Assembly: GCA_973895155.1 (NCBI GenBank)
Contig: OZ316892.1
Location: forward strand, 29,518,932-29,582,931
Length of the DNA: 64,000 nt
Reading direction: 5' to 3'
From: Marsupella aquatica
Taxonomy: Eukaryota; Plantae; Marchantiophyta
Translations under genes and position numbers: made by a program
Shown: positions 27,234 to 38,917 of the stretch, piece by piece
Layout: every line of letters begins with the position of its first letter
How positions within the stretch are numbered: position 1 is the first letter of the stretch
Notes under the pieces: model-generated
Seen by the model: only the letters and a program-made list of their open reading frames with translations
Databases searched by the model: none
What the model was told of the DNA's origin: nothing

Positions 27234-27502
27234 GGCTCGTAAATCCTGTCAGGAGAAGAGGTTACCGGTGTGTAACCATTTCTGCAGGGGCCTCCTATAA
27301 TCATAATCTGGTGTCCTGAAAAGTTGAGCCGGTAACCTCTTTCCGGGCAGGAGTTACGTACCCTAATGCAGGGCTGGGGTTATAGTGTAACCCGCTCCCG
27401 GAATATTCAAAGAAGCTTCCCGGCTGCCGCCAGTCAATTTCTTTTCATATTCCGGACGCAAGGTTACAGCCTAGTAACCCTTCCCCCAGACCTGCATTAC
27501 CC
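27234..27502. mobile_element. Two small abutting inverted-repeat elements (MITE-like) inside the SINE copy
   Basis: CGTAAATCCTG..GAAGAGGTTACCGG pairs with CCGGTAACCTCTTC..CAGGAGTTACG; TAATGCAGGGCTGGGG pairs with CCCCAGACCTGCATTA; absent from the copy-B counterpart. Confidence 0.55.
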
Positions 27503-27537
27503 TATACATCCCCTGGCCAACTAACCAAAACCACTAG

Positions 27538-30500
27538 TCAAGCCATTTCCCAACCATCCTTTGCATTTGCCTTTGCAAACTCCTCGTTCATCATCTTCAC
27601 CATCCCTATTCCCCCTACTCTCGCTGCCTCCATCACAGGCGTGCGCCCGGTTTTATTGCCCGCCCAAATATCCGCCCCGCCTTCAATCAGTCGTCTGACT
27701 ATCTCCTCCTGTCTGTTGCACACCGCAAGTAACAGCGGCGTCCATCCATGGATACTGCTTTTCGCCTCCACATTCGCTCCTCTTCTTAGCAAGCACTCGG
27801 TGGCAGCAAGGTGTCGCTCAGCCGCGCGCATCAGTGGAGTGAAGTTGCCTTCGTCTTTAGAATCGAATTTCTGGCTCGGTGCCTCAATGTTCGCGCCGTG
27901 GTCCAAGAGCAGCTCAATCATCTCCACTCCTCCGTAGAAAGCCGCTTCCGTCAAACTCGTCCAGTCGTCTTTGTTACCCGCTTCGATGTATGCCCCTTTC
28001 TCAAGAAGCACCCGTGCCACGGCCACTCTTTGGGCCCATGCGGCTTTGCAGAGCGGCGTGTAACCACTCTTATCGGGGATGTTAGGATCTGCACCGGCGG
28101 AAAGTAGAAGGGACGCTATTTCGTCGAATCCGTTCCATGCTGCTACTTCGAGTGGAGTCCAGCCTTCGATCTCTTGGGTGGATGGGTTCGCACCCGCGGC
28201 GAGAAGCTGGGAGACTATGGCGGTGTGGCCGGTTTTGGCTGCGAGGTAGAGTGGGGTGGCGAGGCCATGGTCTTGACTGTCGATAGCTGTGCCGCGAGAC
28301 AGGAGGAGGGCGACGATTTCAGGGTAGCCGAGATAGCATGCTTCTGTTAATGCGCTCCAACCGTGTCTGTTTTGGGCATTGATATCTGCGCCTTTGTCGA
28401 GGATGAGTTTCACGTCATCGACATAGCCGTCCATTGCTGCTCGATTTAGGGGCGTGTATAGAAAGCAGTCTCTGGCATGGATGTCTGCACCGCTGTTGAG
28501 GAGCAGTCGTGCGATTTCCCAATGACGTTGCCAGAGAGCCTCACACAGAGCAGTGTGCCCTATATGCTTCGACTTGGTTTCCATGTTTGCTCCGGCCGCG
28601 ATCATCAGCTGTACCACCTCTATTTGGCGGTGAACGACTCCAAGCAGAAGTGGTGTCCAGCCTTCATCACCAACGCGAGCCTCTTTGTCAGCCCCGTGCT
28701 TCAGGAGCAGCTTGACAACTTCTATTCGGCCATTTTGACATGCTCCCATCAAGGCTGTGTATTGGTGTCCGTTTCGTGCCTCTACGTTTGCTCCCTGTTC
28801 GAGAAGACGGCCCACCGCTTCAGCATTACCAGCCCAGGCTGCGAAGCCAAGAGCTGTATCGTTCTTTTCCGGATTCCTATCCTCGAGGGAGTGGCCAAAC
28901 CTTAGCATCCATGATATAATGAAGTCATCTTTGGCGTAGTCCAGCGCAGTCTTCCCTTTGTCGTCTTCAACACGTTTATCAGCTCCTTCAGAAAGCAAGA
29001 AGCGAACAAGAGGCTCCCGTAACTGTATCGAAGCGCAATGCAAGGGCGTTTGGCCATTATTATCATCCGCGTTCAGCTTTGCACCCCCTCGGCGAAGATA
29101 TTTTGCCAAGTCAAGATTGCCACAAGATGCTGCAACATGCATGGCTGTTTGACCATGTTCGTTGAGTGAATTAATCATATGCGGGTTTATGCGAAGGAAG
29201 CCTCGAAGGCTCGGCATGTTCCCTTCCGCTGCTAGCTGATGTATCGATTGAGCTTCCCCGTTAAAACCAGTAGACGCTGTCTCAGGTTTGTTCTACCCTC
29301 GCATCCACAACAACAATTAGTTTTAACCAATTCATTTGTTTGAGTTTCTTGAATGGAGAAACTTCAGGAAAACTACAAATGAATCCACGCACTCTCATTC
29401 CAAAAGACTTGAACACCTTCATACTGATACTCTTACAAATGTTGCAAGGTAGGGTATTCATAGAACAAAACGCAAGTATCAGCTCAGGACAAAGGAATGT
29501 TGCTTCGACCAACTTGGGATTTACCTGTTTTTGAGATTTATTCGTGCCTCTCATCCTCAAATAAAAACTTGTGACAGTCCTGAGCATCTCTTTGACGTCT
29601 TGTAATGGAGTATCAATACCCTGAATTTGCTCCGGGACATACTGCAAATTTCTGGGGCAAGGATCTTCCTGAAATTTCAACAACAATGTCCTGAGCAACT
29701 CTTAGACCTGAGCATGACAATGGAGGTTTGGACAAAAGGTAACAACTCTTAGACCTGAGCATGACAATGGAGGTTTGGACAAAAGGTAACAGTCTAAGTA
29801 GGCAATAGATGGAAATGTCAAACTTCAAGTGGATGGACATATAATAATCTGAACATATAAAACAGCCTTTTGGTTTAGGGTTTAGGGTGGACGAAATCTA
29901 CCTTCGCGCTGTCGATTGCGTTGTGAAGGAGTCCTGTGACAGCATTGAATCTTCGTGAGGTTTTAGAGGGTGGTTTCGATATGGAGAAGTGGTCTGCTGT
30001 CTCCACATTCAACTCTCCTTCCCTGGCAGATGCTTCTGGGACTACAACAATATCTCTAAACACACCCTGCCAACAAACCAAGGACAGTCCGCTTGGTAAT
30101 TGAGAAAGTTGAGACGATTCCTTGAGAAGGTTCAGACGATTCCGTCAGACCGATCTACATGTGTGAGCAAGCCAACGAAAGAAAATTCTATCTGTAGATT
30201 TGACAGGCGCTTTGCATACAGAGAAAAAATTTCATATTGCGAAAAAGGATAATTCCACAAAATAAATCAAATCAGATAACTGCTCCACTGAACAAGCTAA
30301 GCATTGTAGTTTTGAGTGTATGAACTACTAGCAAGCTCATCGTTTCATGGATCAAATGATTGTCGGACTTCATGCAATAGACTAATTCCATTTTGTTAAA
30401 CAGAAGGAAAGATAGATCGGCAACAATCAGATGAGGAGGAAATTGAATTTGTACCGATTGTACTGAACGATTTTCTGCGAGTCCTTTGATTTGCCATTCC

Positions 30501-31502
30501 GAATTTTGAGTACACAAAAACCTGAAATTGTTATTTAGCCGCTCTCCCTCCGTACTTAGGGTGTGAAAGTACTTGAATAAAGGGCTGTCCAGAAGGTCTG
30601 CTGCTTTATCTATGTGAGGGATACCATGGTGAGGTGTGGCGTAGTAAAAAATCCCTCTAATTCTATTTAGAAAGTTCTCAAGTTGAACCCTGCCATTCCT
30701 GGACCCGCTACGCAGACTGAGTGTCTCATGTGCTTCCCAGCATAATTGCTTGATTACCAGCCCCCCCACAGAGTGGCCTACCAACACAACTGGGCAACCT
30801 TTCACCTGCCCAATCTTTCCTTGCATCAGATCTGATAGCAGGTTTTCCCCAATTATTTTCATGTCAAACGTCCTCCGAGAATCTTTGCTCAGGCCCTCGC
30901 TGTACCGAACGACAAACACATGAGCGCCTGGAAACTCTTCCACCAACCAGGTTTGGGGCCAAAGATTGGAGGATCCATCCCCGCACTCCCACGTCGATAA
31001 GTGCACCCTTGACGACTTCGCAAATGGGAGCCCATGGAAAAACAACACTTGAACTCTGGGAATTCCCGATGGCCTGTGCAACTCGATTAGGGAGTCATTC
31101 ACCTTATAAGACAACCAATCACAAATACAGTAAGGCAATCGATGTATCCAACTCTGTTGCACCTACTGTAGCTGAATTTCGGTGGGAGAGGTGCCTGTAA
31201 GATTCCGGAAGAAACTGACAAGCAAATAGAGAAGCTATGCATATAGAGAGAACCCTCCTGGCAAAGTGTTAAAAAGGTCACTATGCATTGGGGATTATGC
31301 AGTCTAGAGAAATTACCTCAAGAACATCCACTTTGACTCCTGAGGGCCGAGAAATGTTTCGGCGACATCGTACTACGAACCCGGTCAAAGCACTGCCGAC
31401 CATGAAGCACCAGACAACAAGGACATCGCGTGCCTTTTCTCTGACCACTAGGGTCGAAGCTATGATGGCAAGGGTTAGAACAACCCAATGGGGTAGATCC
31501 AT
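27538..31502 (-). CDS. Predicted chimeric TM + SesB-like alpha/beta-hydrolase + ankyrin-repeat protein (965 aa); exons 31502-31317, 31102-30455, 30066-29902, 29668-29525, 29292-27538
   Basis: Hydrophobic first exon; hydrolase motifs FFHGL, WPQTWL, GHSVGGL, ATPHHG, DHFSISKP; intact ANK ORF of about 16 repeats. All junctions are GT-AG and phase 0. The last acceptor (GGTAG|AAC) is the weakest part of the model. Confidence 0.6.
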
Positions 31503-31695
31503 CCGTAGCTGGAGGAGGAGACGGAAGCTCGTCTGTGGCTTGCTGTCACAATCTGGTGCTCCAAATCTAAACCCTGCAAATGGCCCTAGTATTACTCAAC
31601 TGTTCAGTTTCATCCTCCACATGGTTGCCGCTCGGAGGAAACGAGTGCCTGGAAATTTAGTGGAAATCGCTCGTCTTGCACCGTTGGACATTCTA

Positions 31696-31897
31696 GCCTG
31701 GCCTGATAGAGTGATTGCGAGAGCTTGACATTTAACATTTGTAGATCGATTGCTACTGCTTCGGTGTCACTATTTTCTAGTAACGCTCCTTCCTTGCTTT
31801 TGTAGATGTGGTACCCTACGTCGACAAGCTTGATGGAGAAGTCCACCACTTGGACGACGGTGCCAGCCAGGTCGAAGGCTGTGATGGGGTCGATCAT
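31696..31897 (-). pseudogene. Stranded 5' end (~67 codons) of the ancestral HeLo-like-ANK gene
   Basis: MIDPITAFDLAGTVVQVVDFSIKL...QSLYQAR is nearly identical to the start of the 55909-58419 ORF; homology ends abruptly at ~31696. Confidence 0.85.
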
Positions 31898-32279
31898 GGT
31901 GAGAAAGTCGAAATCAATTCGCAAATATTAAAGAGATGAAGATGATCAACTCATCGACTGTGGCAATTGATGAAAATTTAAAGTTACGCGATGAATGCAA
32001 GGTGAACAAGCATCCACGACTGATTCAACGCAGTTTAATCGATGGAGATGTCGCTCGTTTGGGGCTGAAGCCTCGGACGAACAGAGATTAGGAGATTCTT
32101 GGCTTCAAGCTGCCGCTGTCGTTCGGGTGATCGATTACTTCCGGCAATTCAGGCTCGAATGCGACCCTCTTTCTGTCACTCATGCGTTCGCTCTCTTGGA
32201 AGGGGCCAAACCCGTTCTCTACGCATCAGTCGCTTTAACAGACCAAGAGCCAAAGAAGTCCCTCCTGGCCTCTTGAGCT

Positions 32280-32945
32280 CAACCTCCCCCATAAGAACGC
32301 TCGGCCTGTCGATAACACTCGTATTGTTTCGGAGCCTCGAGACTCTCCTGAAATCCGCAATAGCCATACGCTCCTCACGCAATACACCCACGCCCATTCC
32401 CGTCAGCAACTGACTCTAGCTTCGGAATTCTTCATCAAAGGCAATCCCCGTGTCTTGTTCACCACCGCGCACCCCAAATTGACAGCTTAGCCCCAGAGAT
32501 CGCGTCCTTGGGCCGCTCGAATGTAGGCAAGAGCAGTCTGTTGAATGCTGGTCTTCGGAGTCGACGGGCTAGCAAGGACGAGCAGCAAGCGAGAGAAGAC
32601 GAAAATAATGTGCGGCTTTGTCGTGGAGAATAACTCTACGGGGAGAAAAGAGGAGGAGAACGGGATCAATGGCGAGCTCGTAGTGCTGGATATGCCTGGC
32701 AGTGGGCATGGCAGTGGGCATGGCAGTCGAGAGGCTTGGGGTAAAGACATTGTCAAATATCTGGTTGCACGCAAAGTGAGTCTTCCTACTCTCCAGTTGC
32801 AGCGTTATTTTTCCAGTTGCAGCGTTATTCTCCAATTGCAGCGTTAAACGGATTCACTCCATTATCCCGTGGCCCTCACTAATTCTTCCTCCAACCCCAG
32901 ACTCGCCGCGCGTTGGTCCTCATAGACGCGGTCCACGGCCCGTCG
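32280..32945 (+). pseudogene. Decayed EngB/YihA-type GTPase, copy A; a partially duplicated continuation lies at 38410-38680, beyond the transposon
   Basis: G1-like GRSNVGKS across frameshifts, LARTSSK, LVVLDMPG (G3), GSREAWGKDIVKYL; intron GTGAGT(32777)...CTAAT...CCAG(32900). Confidence 0.8.
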
Positions 32946-33276
32946 CTTTGGTCCTCAAAGACCCGGTCCATGGCCAAGCAATCCACGTCTTCCTACTCTC
33001 CAGTAGGGCGTCTCAAACTTGGTGGTCCAAGTCTTTTCCGGGACGGCCGTCCCCCCAAGTTGAGGTCCGAAACGGTGACTGGAACCGCAGTTCCGGGTGA
33101 GTTTAAGCCTGGGGGTACTAACTTTGAGAGGGGTCAATAAGTGCCCCCCCCCCCCCCCGCGGATTACACAGACTTCCAAACCAGCCCCCGCCCATGTGTA
33201 GTTCAAAATGCAAACTTGCCACGGCGTGACGGAGTGCTTCCACTCCTCACAATGAGCACGTCAATTCGCGCATATT

Positions 33277-34762
33277 TTGACAAAGAGCCATGAATGTGCA
33301 GCCGTTTTGGCTGAGAGATTTGAAAGTTGTCGTTCCCCCTCAGAATTTCTCAAAAATTTGGGTAGTGCGAGTGAGGCTCCTCATATGGACTATACGATGG
33401 ACCACGATGGTGTTAACTTTGCAGGTGAACGTGTTGAAGCAGAGCACTTTCAGTTTTTGGATTCGCCCCCTCTGATTGTGAGCGATTCTCAGACAGTCGA
33501 AGCGATGGTGGTTGCTGGTGCATCAGCTGGAGCACAAGGAAGACCTGCACCACGTCCGGCCGTGAACATTCCTACTGAGAACAAGAAGTTGTCTAGGGAG
33601 GACCTATCAAAGATCGTTGATTGGCTTGAAAAAGCTGATAACTATGCGATGCTTCATGGGACACAATCCAGGCTATCGGTTGGCGATAAGCATCTGTCGA
33701 AGAAAACTGTGTTTAAGCTTATGCTTATTATGCTGCATTCCAACGGATTTGCAAAGTTTGTCCAAACAGGAGAGAATTTGGGCAAGAGATTTGGCAGATA
33801 CACGAGCAAGTTTAAGGAGGCGTTGGCAATGAAGAATGATTCGGGTGCTGGGCTCACCCTGGCGAGCTAAGAGTGGGGATTACACTTGACGATAAGCTTG
33901 ACAAGATATGCCCGCACTTTGAAAGGATGAATGCACTTTATGGGGAGTGTGCTAATGTGGCTCCTCCTGCACTAGGGCAATGCGGTATCCCTGGACAGCT
34001 TGAGCTCATATATGATCCAGGATCTGATGAAGACGAGCCCTATGGTGACAGTGTTGGCCCGCAACAGGATGAATCTGAGATGGCTGGCGACAACGGACCA
34101 CAGACGCAGCACGAACGGGAGCACGAAGGCGTGACCAATGCTGGTGTTGAAACCGAGGCCCAACCTTGCGCCACTGAGCAGGGTACTGCTAATACTGGGA
34201 CACCAGGATATGTTGAGGAGGATCACAAGCTAGGCCAATCCCAACTCCAACTCCGGTCGGGAATGGGCAAAGGCGGGTTCCTAATAAGAGATCAGCTCCA
34301 CCATCATCACAGGCACAGTCAAGGACAAGTATGGCTGATCTTTATTTAGATAAGCTTAGTGACAAATCGTTGTACAAACGAGAGATGATCCAGACCAAGG
34401 ATAAGTGGAGAACCCAAGAATTGGTTGATAGGCGAGAGGCGAGAAAAGTTGTTGCAGCTCAGCTAGACAAAAACAACCGATTGCAGAGGATGCAAGTAGA
34501 CAAAAACAATCAAATGCAAAGGAGACATGAGGAGAAGAGGGCACGGTTGGAGCACAAACACCAGGTGGATTTGATTGATCGCCAGCAGCACACAGCATTA
34601 CTTACCGAGCTTGTTAGGAGCAACAGATCAAAAGATGAGTTGGTAGCGCTATTGAGTATTTTCCCCCCTGGTCCTCTCAATGTCAATCCACCCGGAAGGA
34701 CTCGTCCTCCTACTACTGCAATGCCATGTGCTCCCAACAATCCAATTGACTTAGATGAATAG
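33277..34762 (+). pseudogene. Second (Myb/SANT-like DNA-binding plus coiled-coil) ORF of the Harbinger-group element, frameshifted
   Basis: IVDWLE...KRFGRY..KFKEA...SGAGLT...LDKICPHFERMNALYG; frame changes at ~33865 and ~34330; charged coiled-coil C-terminus. Confidence 0.65.
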
Positions 34763-35376
34763 TTTTTTTACATACACTTAGCTGCACATTACCCAATGTT
34801 GATGCAGCCTTCCAAACATTGCTCTGTTGCAGGGCTCAAATTTTGAATAAAGGTTCTCTTTTGTGAAACGGATGTGTTTTCAATGAAGTCCTCTTGAACT
34901 GATTTGTTTGCAATTCTCAAGTGGATCCTATTTGTTCTTCTCTCTGGACATTGACAGTCTGGGTATATAAGCATGCATCTCCACTGCTCTTTGCAACACT
35001 GGGCTAATTTCTGAAGATCTCCATTGTAGACTGGATCGTGCATTGAAAACTTCCTTCATTCCAAGACAATAGAAGCTTTACAAATCACAATTGTATGTCT
35101 TCAAGTGCTCACAATGCAAGCACATATTTTAGAAGTGGAGAGATTACAAAAATGCAGAGCCAAGCTTTTAAATGCTCAAGGCATTTGACTAAGTTGGTAC
35201 CAAACTTCAACTTGTAACTAATTAAACTACAGCCGATCATTGGCTTTAATCATCTGCTACCTCCTACCACCAAGTAACTCCTACCAGCTACGCTTAAGTC
35301 CTCCCAGTTATGTTTGAACAAGGAAGCCGATCATTGGCTGTTAAACAAACAGATCCTATGAGCTATGTTTGAACAA

Positions 35377-36925
35377 TCAAGCTTCACGGTGTCGAGCACG
35401 GTGTAAAAATTGCCCCGGTTGACGATAGTATTCCAAAGCAGTATCCATAACTCGAACTAGTAGTGCATTGCCAGCTCGCACCAGAGCACGTCGCGAAACT
35501 ACCCCAGGATCTCGCTCTGCATCAGCCGGTCCACCAACATTGGGCTCTGGATAGAAGTCCTCCTGGGTTTCACCATCTTGCTCTCTCTGCAGCGCAATAT
35601 CCTCGGGTGTCCATGCATCCTGCCTGTGAAGCACATAGTTATGCAATTTCCCACACAAATTGATCCACCTTACCATCTATAGGCTGTCCTTCTTTGAATT
35701 CAATTGAGTTCGAACTTCTTTTAAAGAATGCCATCTGCTCTTCAAAACTCCAATGCAATGCTCATTGGTTACCCTGCACTTGGCAACACAAGTATTGAAG
35801 TTCTCTTTATCTGGTACCATGTCAGTCCTTTTAAATGCGGAAACCATGTGTGGAAGGGCCTGATAGCCTGAATCTCCTAAAATGTACTGGTCAGATTCAA
35901 ATAGAGCATTCCTTCTGACATCAGTCAGAAAGGAAAAGAGTGGAGACTTTTGCACACAAGTCAGGTCGGAGCATGATCCAGGCATTCCTGCAGCAAGGCA
36001 CAAATAGCAGCAGTCATTGGTTGATACTGGATACTGCTGCCTCATGCAACATATTCAACGTTGAAAATAACTGCTCACCTAAGAACAAGAACATGATTAT
36101 TCTGCGGTGGTCACAGACCACCTGAACATTTATGGAGTATCGACTCTTGCGATCATAGTAGCACTCTCCATGAACGCCAGGACTTTGAGCCAAGGGGCAC
36201 AGGCTTCCATCAATCAGACCGATACAGCCTAGAAATCCCAACCTTGCAAATGCCTCCAAACTTGCAGCTCGTTCCCTGTTGGTAGGCCACTGGATATAGT
36301 CGCTTAAAACATCATCCAAAGCCTCAAAGGCACGTTTTGAGTAGTTGACAATTGAACCACAACTCACACCCCATGTGGGGATCATATGATTTAAGCAAGC
36401 ACCATTCCCATCATGACCAAGCCTGTCTAGGCAGACAGCTAATTGGGCCTCAATAGGTGCTTGCTGACAATTAGATTCATTCTTGAAGACAGGGTGTCCT
36501 TCAATCAAGCCTAGAAGGTGATAGAAAGAGGACTTGTCCATCCTAGTGAGCTGCCTAAACAAAGGATCTGCCAAGCAATGAAAGAACTGTTGTGCAAATT
36601 CCTTAGATTTCAGGCTCACATGACGATGAACAAAATAACAACGAGTATTATACAACACAAAATATAGCTCTAAGAGGTCTGTTGGATTCTCATCATTCTC
36701 TAAATCCTCTTCCCTGTTTTGATCCTCAAATGAGCTATCCAAAGGCAAGTCTGAATCACTGTCAGTCCTCTCAGAAATATGAGAGTCAACTTCAGAGAAT
36801 CCATGGAGGTCGAGATCTTCAGATCCAGTATCTTGAGAACTCTTCAAACTCTGAACAACAATGGCTAGTTCAAGTTGCTGTTTGACTCGTTTCAAGCCTC
36901 TCTGCTTGTCTGAAAACCCAGGCAT
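35377..36925 (-). pseudogene. Harbinger/HARBI1-type DDE transposase; exons 36925-36079 and 35987-35377; one premature TAG at 35677
   Basis: FRQLTRMDKSSF, CIGLIDGS (D), YYDRKSRYSINVQVVCD, GMPGSCSD, LGDSGY (D), NEHCIGVLKSRW (E), LHNY. Confidence 0.92.
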
Positions 36926-37087
36926 GTTCGACCCTAACAGTTGTGAAGAAGTGATAAAGTCAGTTTATACCAAAATGAGCCAAATTTTATTCAATAAGTA
37001 TAAATTTCATTCTAAGCTTGCAACATTGCGCATCCTGAAAGTGTATACATCCTGAATATGAGGGTCGAGTGCATACAATTGTAATCC

Positions 37088-37720
37088 CTAATCCGAGTCC
37101 TCTAAATCTGCATTCTTCAATTGCAACACGAGGTCTGCTAGGATTTTCTTGGCACTCTTAGGTTTCCCAAGACTGGACTTTGGTTTGACAAGGGTTTTTG
37201 TAGGTGTCCTGGGAATTCCAGGATCCACAAAACTCAATCTCTGAATGTGCATCTCGAGTCCCTTCACTTCAAGAGAGAATTGTAGCTTGGGCGAATGCTT
37301 TAGAATGTCATAAACAATCTGAATTTGCTCAAATTCAGGTAGAATGTTGAATTCAAGTGCTGTATAATTCAAGAGAATGGTAGCGCAATTCCACAGTAGG
37401 ACTGTCACAGGCTGCACACCACCATGAATGGCATCAAACAAGACCAGTTGGAATTGAAAGGCAGGTTCTCTAGGTAAGTGATGTCCACATTTATCGCCCC
37501 ATTCTAAAGATTTTTTACATCGATGGCCATCATTGTCCCTATGAGGGCAAGAGGAGTAAACAAATTTTCGAGGGTAGGGATTTCGAGCTGTGTAGTTTGC
37601 TGCCCAAACTAAAGACGGTGCAAACTGCGTACTCATTCCTCTAGCCCTCTTCTCCTCCACGTCTGACAAAGAAATCCAATGAGCCATGGCCTCCTGGCAA
37701 ACGATGAAGCATTCAGCCAT
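37088..37720 (-). CDS. Transposon-borne ORF resembling the RPA70 C-terminal zinc-ribbon OB-fold
   Basis: FVYSSCP-x7-CKKSL-x5-CGHH...FQFQLVLFD...VLLWNCATILLNYTALEF parallels the RPA1-C pattern WYxACPxxCxKKV...C...YxLxxxxxD...FdxxAxxLLGxxAxEL; intact ORF inside the TIRs. Confidence 0.55.
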   Translation of the reverse strand: MAECFIVCQEAMAHWISLSDVEEKRARGMSTQFAPSLVWAANYTARNPYPRKFVYSSCPHRDNDGHRCKKSLEWGDKCGHHLPREPAFQFQLVLFDAIHGGVQPVTVLLWNCATILLNYTALEFNILPEFEQIQIVYDILKHSPKLQFSLEVKGLEMHIQRLSFVDPGIPRTPTKTLVKPKSSLGKPKSAKKILADLVLQLKNADLEDSD

Positions 37721-38870
37721 TTCAACATCCCTTGTCCTGGTTGTGAGCATTGCAGGAAACAAAAGCGGAAAAACATTGAGGTGATCTTTAACTTACAATC
37801 AGGTGTGAGCCGAGTGCCAAACAATCGGGGTCGTCCTGCAAGTATGCTCAGTTGTAGCCTCTCAGGATGTCGAAGGTGGGTCCTTTCCACTCAGCCGTAG
37901 TTTTGTTTACACTCACTTGCAGCTCCTCACTGGCAGCTCCTCACTTGTAGCTGCTCACAAAATCGAGCATCAACATGCAGCTCTAGCATGTCAGCCTAAA
38001 GCGATCTAGTGTACTCTAAATGACTTGCTTAAGTGGGAGCCCAAAACCATAACAAACTTACAGGAAAAAAGTGTCAATCGCTATGAGTTGACAGCCTTGC
38101 GATCATGGGCGCCTTGCATGTAGTCGCACAAACACGCACAGTGCGAGAAGGAATAGTCAGCCTCAACAGTTTCTCTCTCGCGTGCATCCCCGGCTTCTTT
38201 GTCGCGCACAACTAGGTTCTCTGTCACTGCGTCCCTCAGACGATAGGGTTAGTCATGGACCCACTCGGGTCACGGTAATGGTAATGTGACCGTCCGAGTT
38301 ATTGATGGTCACCAATTTTGGGCACCGCCCACTTTCCGGTCACGGCCCTGCCCGGGCAATTTTGGACAGTAAAACGACCCGGGAAATTGATAGTTTGAGA
38401 CACCCTAGTTGCAGCGTTATTTTTCCAGTTGCAGCGTTATTTCTCCAGTTGCAGCGTTAATCTCCAATTGCAGCGTTAAACCGATTCACTTTATTATCCC
38501 GTCGCCCTCACTAATTCTTCCTCCAACCCCAGACTCGTCGCGCATTGGCCCTCATAGCCACGGTCCACGGCCAAGCAATCTGATCGTTTCCTTCTCAACC
38601 TTCTCCGTGAGAGTGCAATCCCACATCAAATTCTCCTATTAAAGGTCGACCGCTTGATCACTCTCGACCTCAAGAAGGACAAGAACCCCGAATTCAAGGT
38701 TTTATATAACTTTTTTTGTATAAGAGATTGGAGATTGAGTTGAATAAATGTTTTTTTAAATAATAGTTTTAATTTGAGCAGGTGTTGATTCCAAATCTAG
38801 TTAACAGAAACGATAGTCAGGAAAGATCGCCAGGAGAAACTTATACGGTTAAGGGAGGCACCCGTCGCAC

Positions 38871-38917
38871 TATGAGGTATTATAATCGACCTATATGGTC
38901 GACTATAATACCTCATA
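38871..38917. other. 47-bp palindrome (21-bp arms, 1 mismatch, 5-bp spacer)
   Basis: TATGAGGTATTATAATCGACC-TATAT-GGTCGACTATAATACCTCATA. Confidence 0.9.

Larger units (their letters stand above)
33005..38406. mobile_element. PIF/Harbinger-group (PHIS) DNA transposon, 5402 bp, three ORFs
   Basis: TIR AGGGCGTCTCAAAC / GTTTGAGACACCCT; TSD AGT (33002-33004 and 38407-38409); the empty-site sequence CTCCAGTTGCAGCG is seen at ~32791. Confidence 0.92.

Noticed and set aside
27641-29152. Plus-strand ORFs overlapping the ANK genes (also 56185-57563)
   Set aside because: Antisense shadows of the ANK coding sequence.
29282-29698. Intact NB-ARC domain
   Set aside because: Only a lead-in-like segment is present; no GxGGxGKT P-loop or downstream motifs.
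29874-29888. TTTAGGG telomere-like repeats (also AACCCTAAA near 17355 and 17425)
   Set aside because: Only one or two units; not a telomeric tract.
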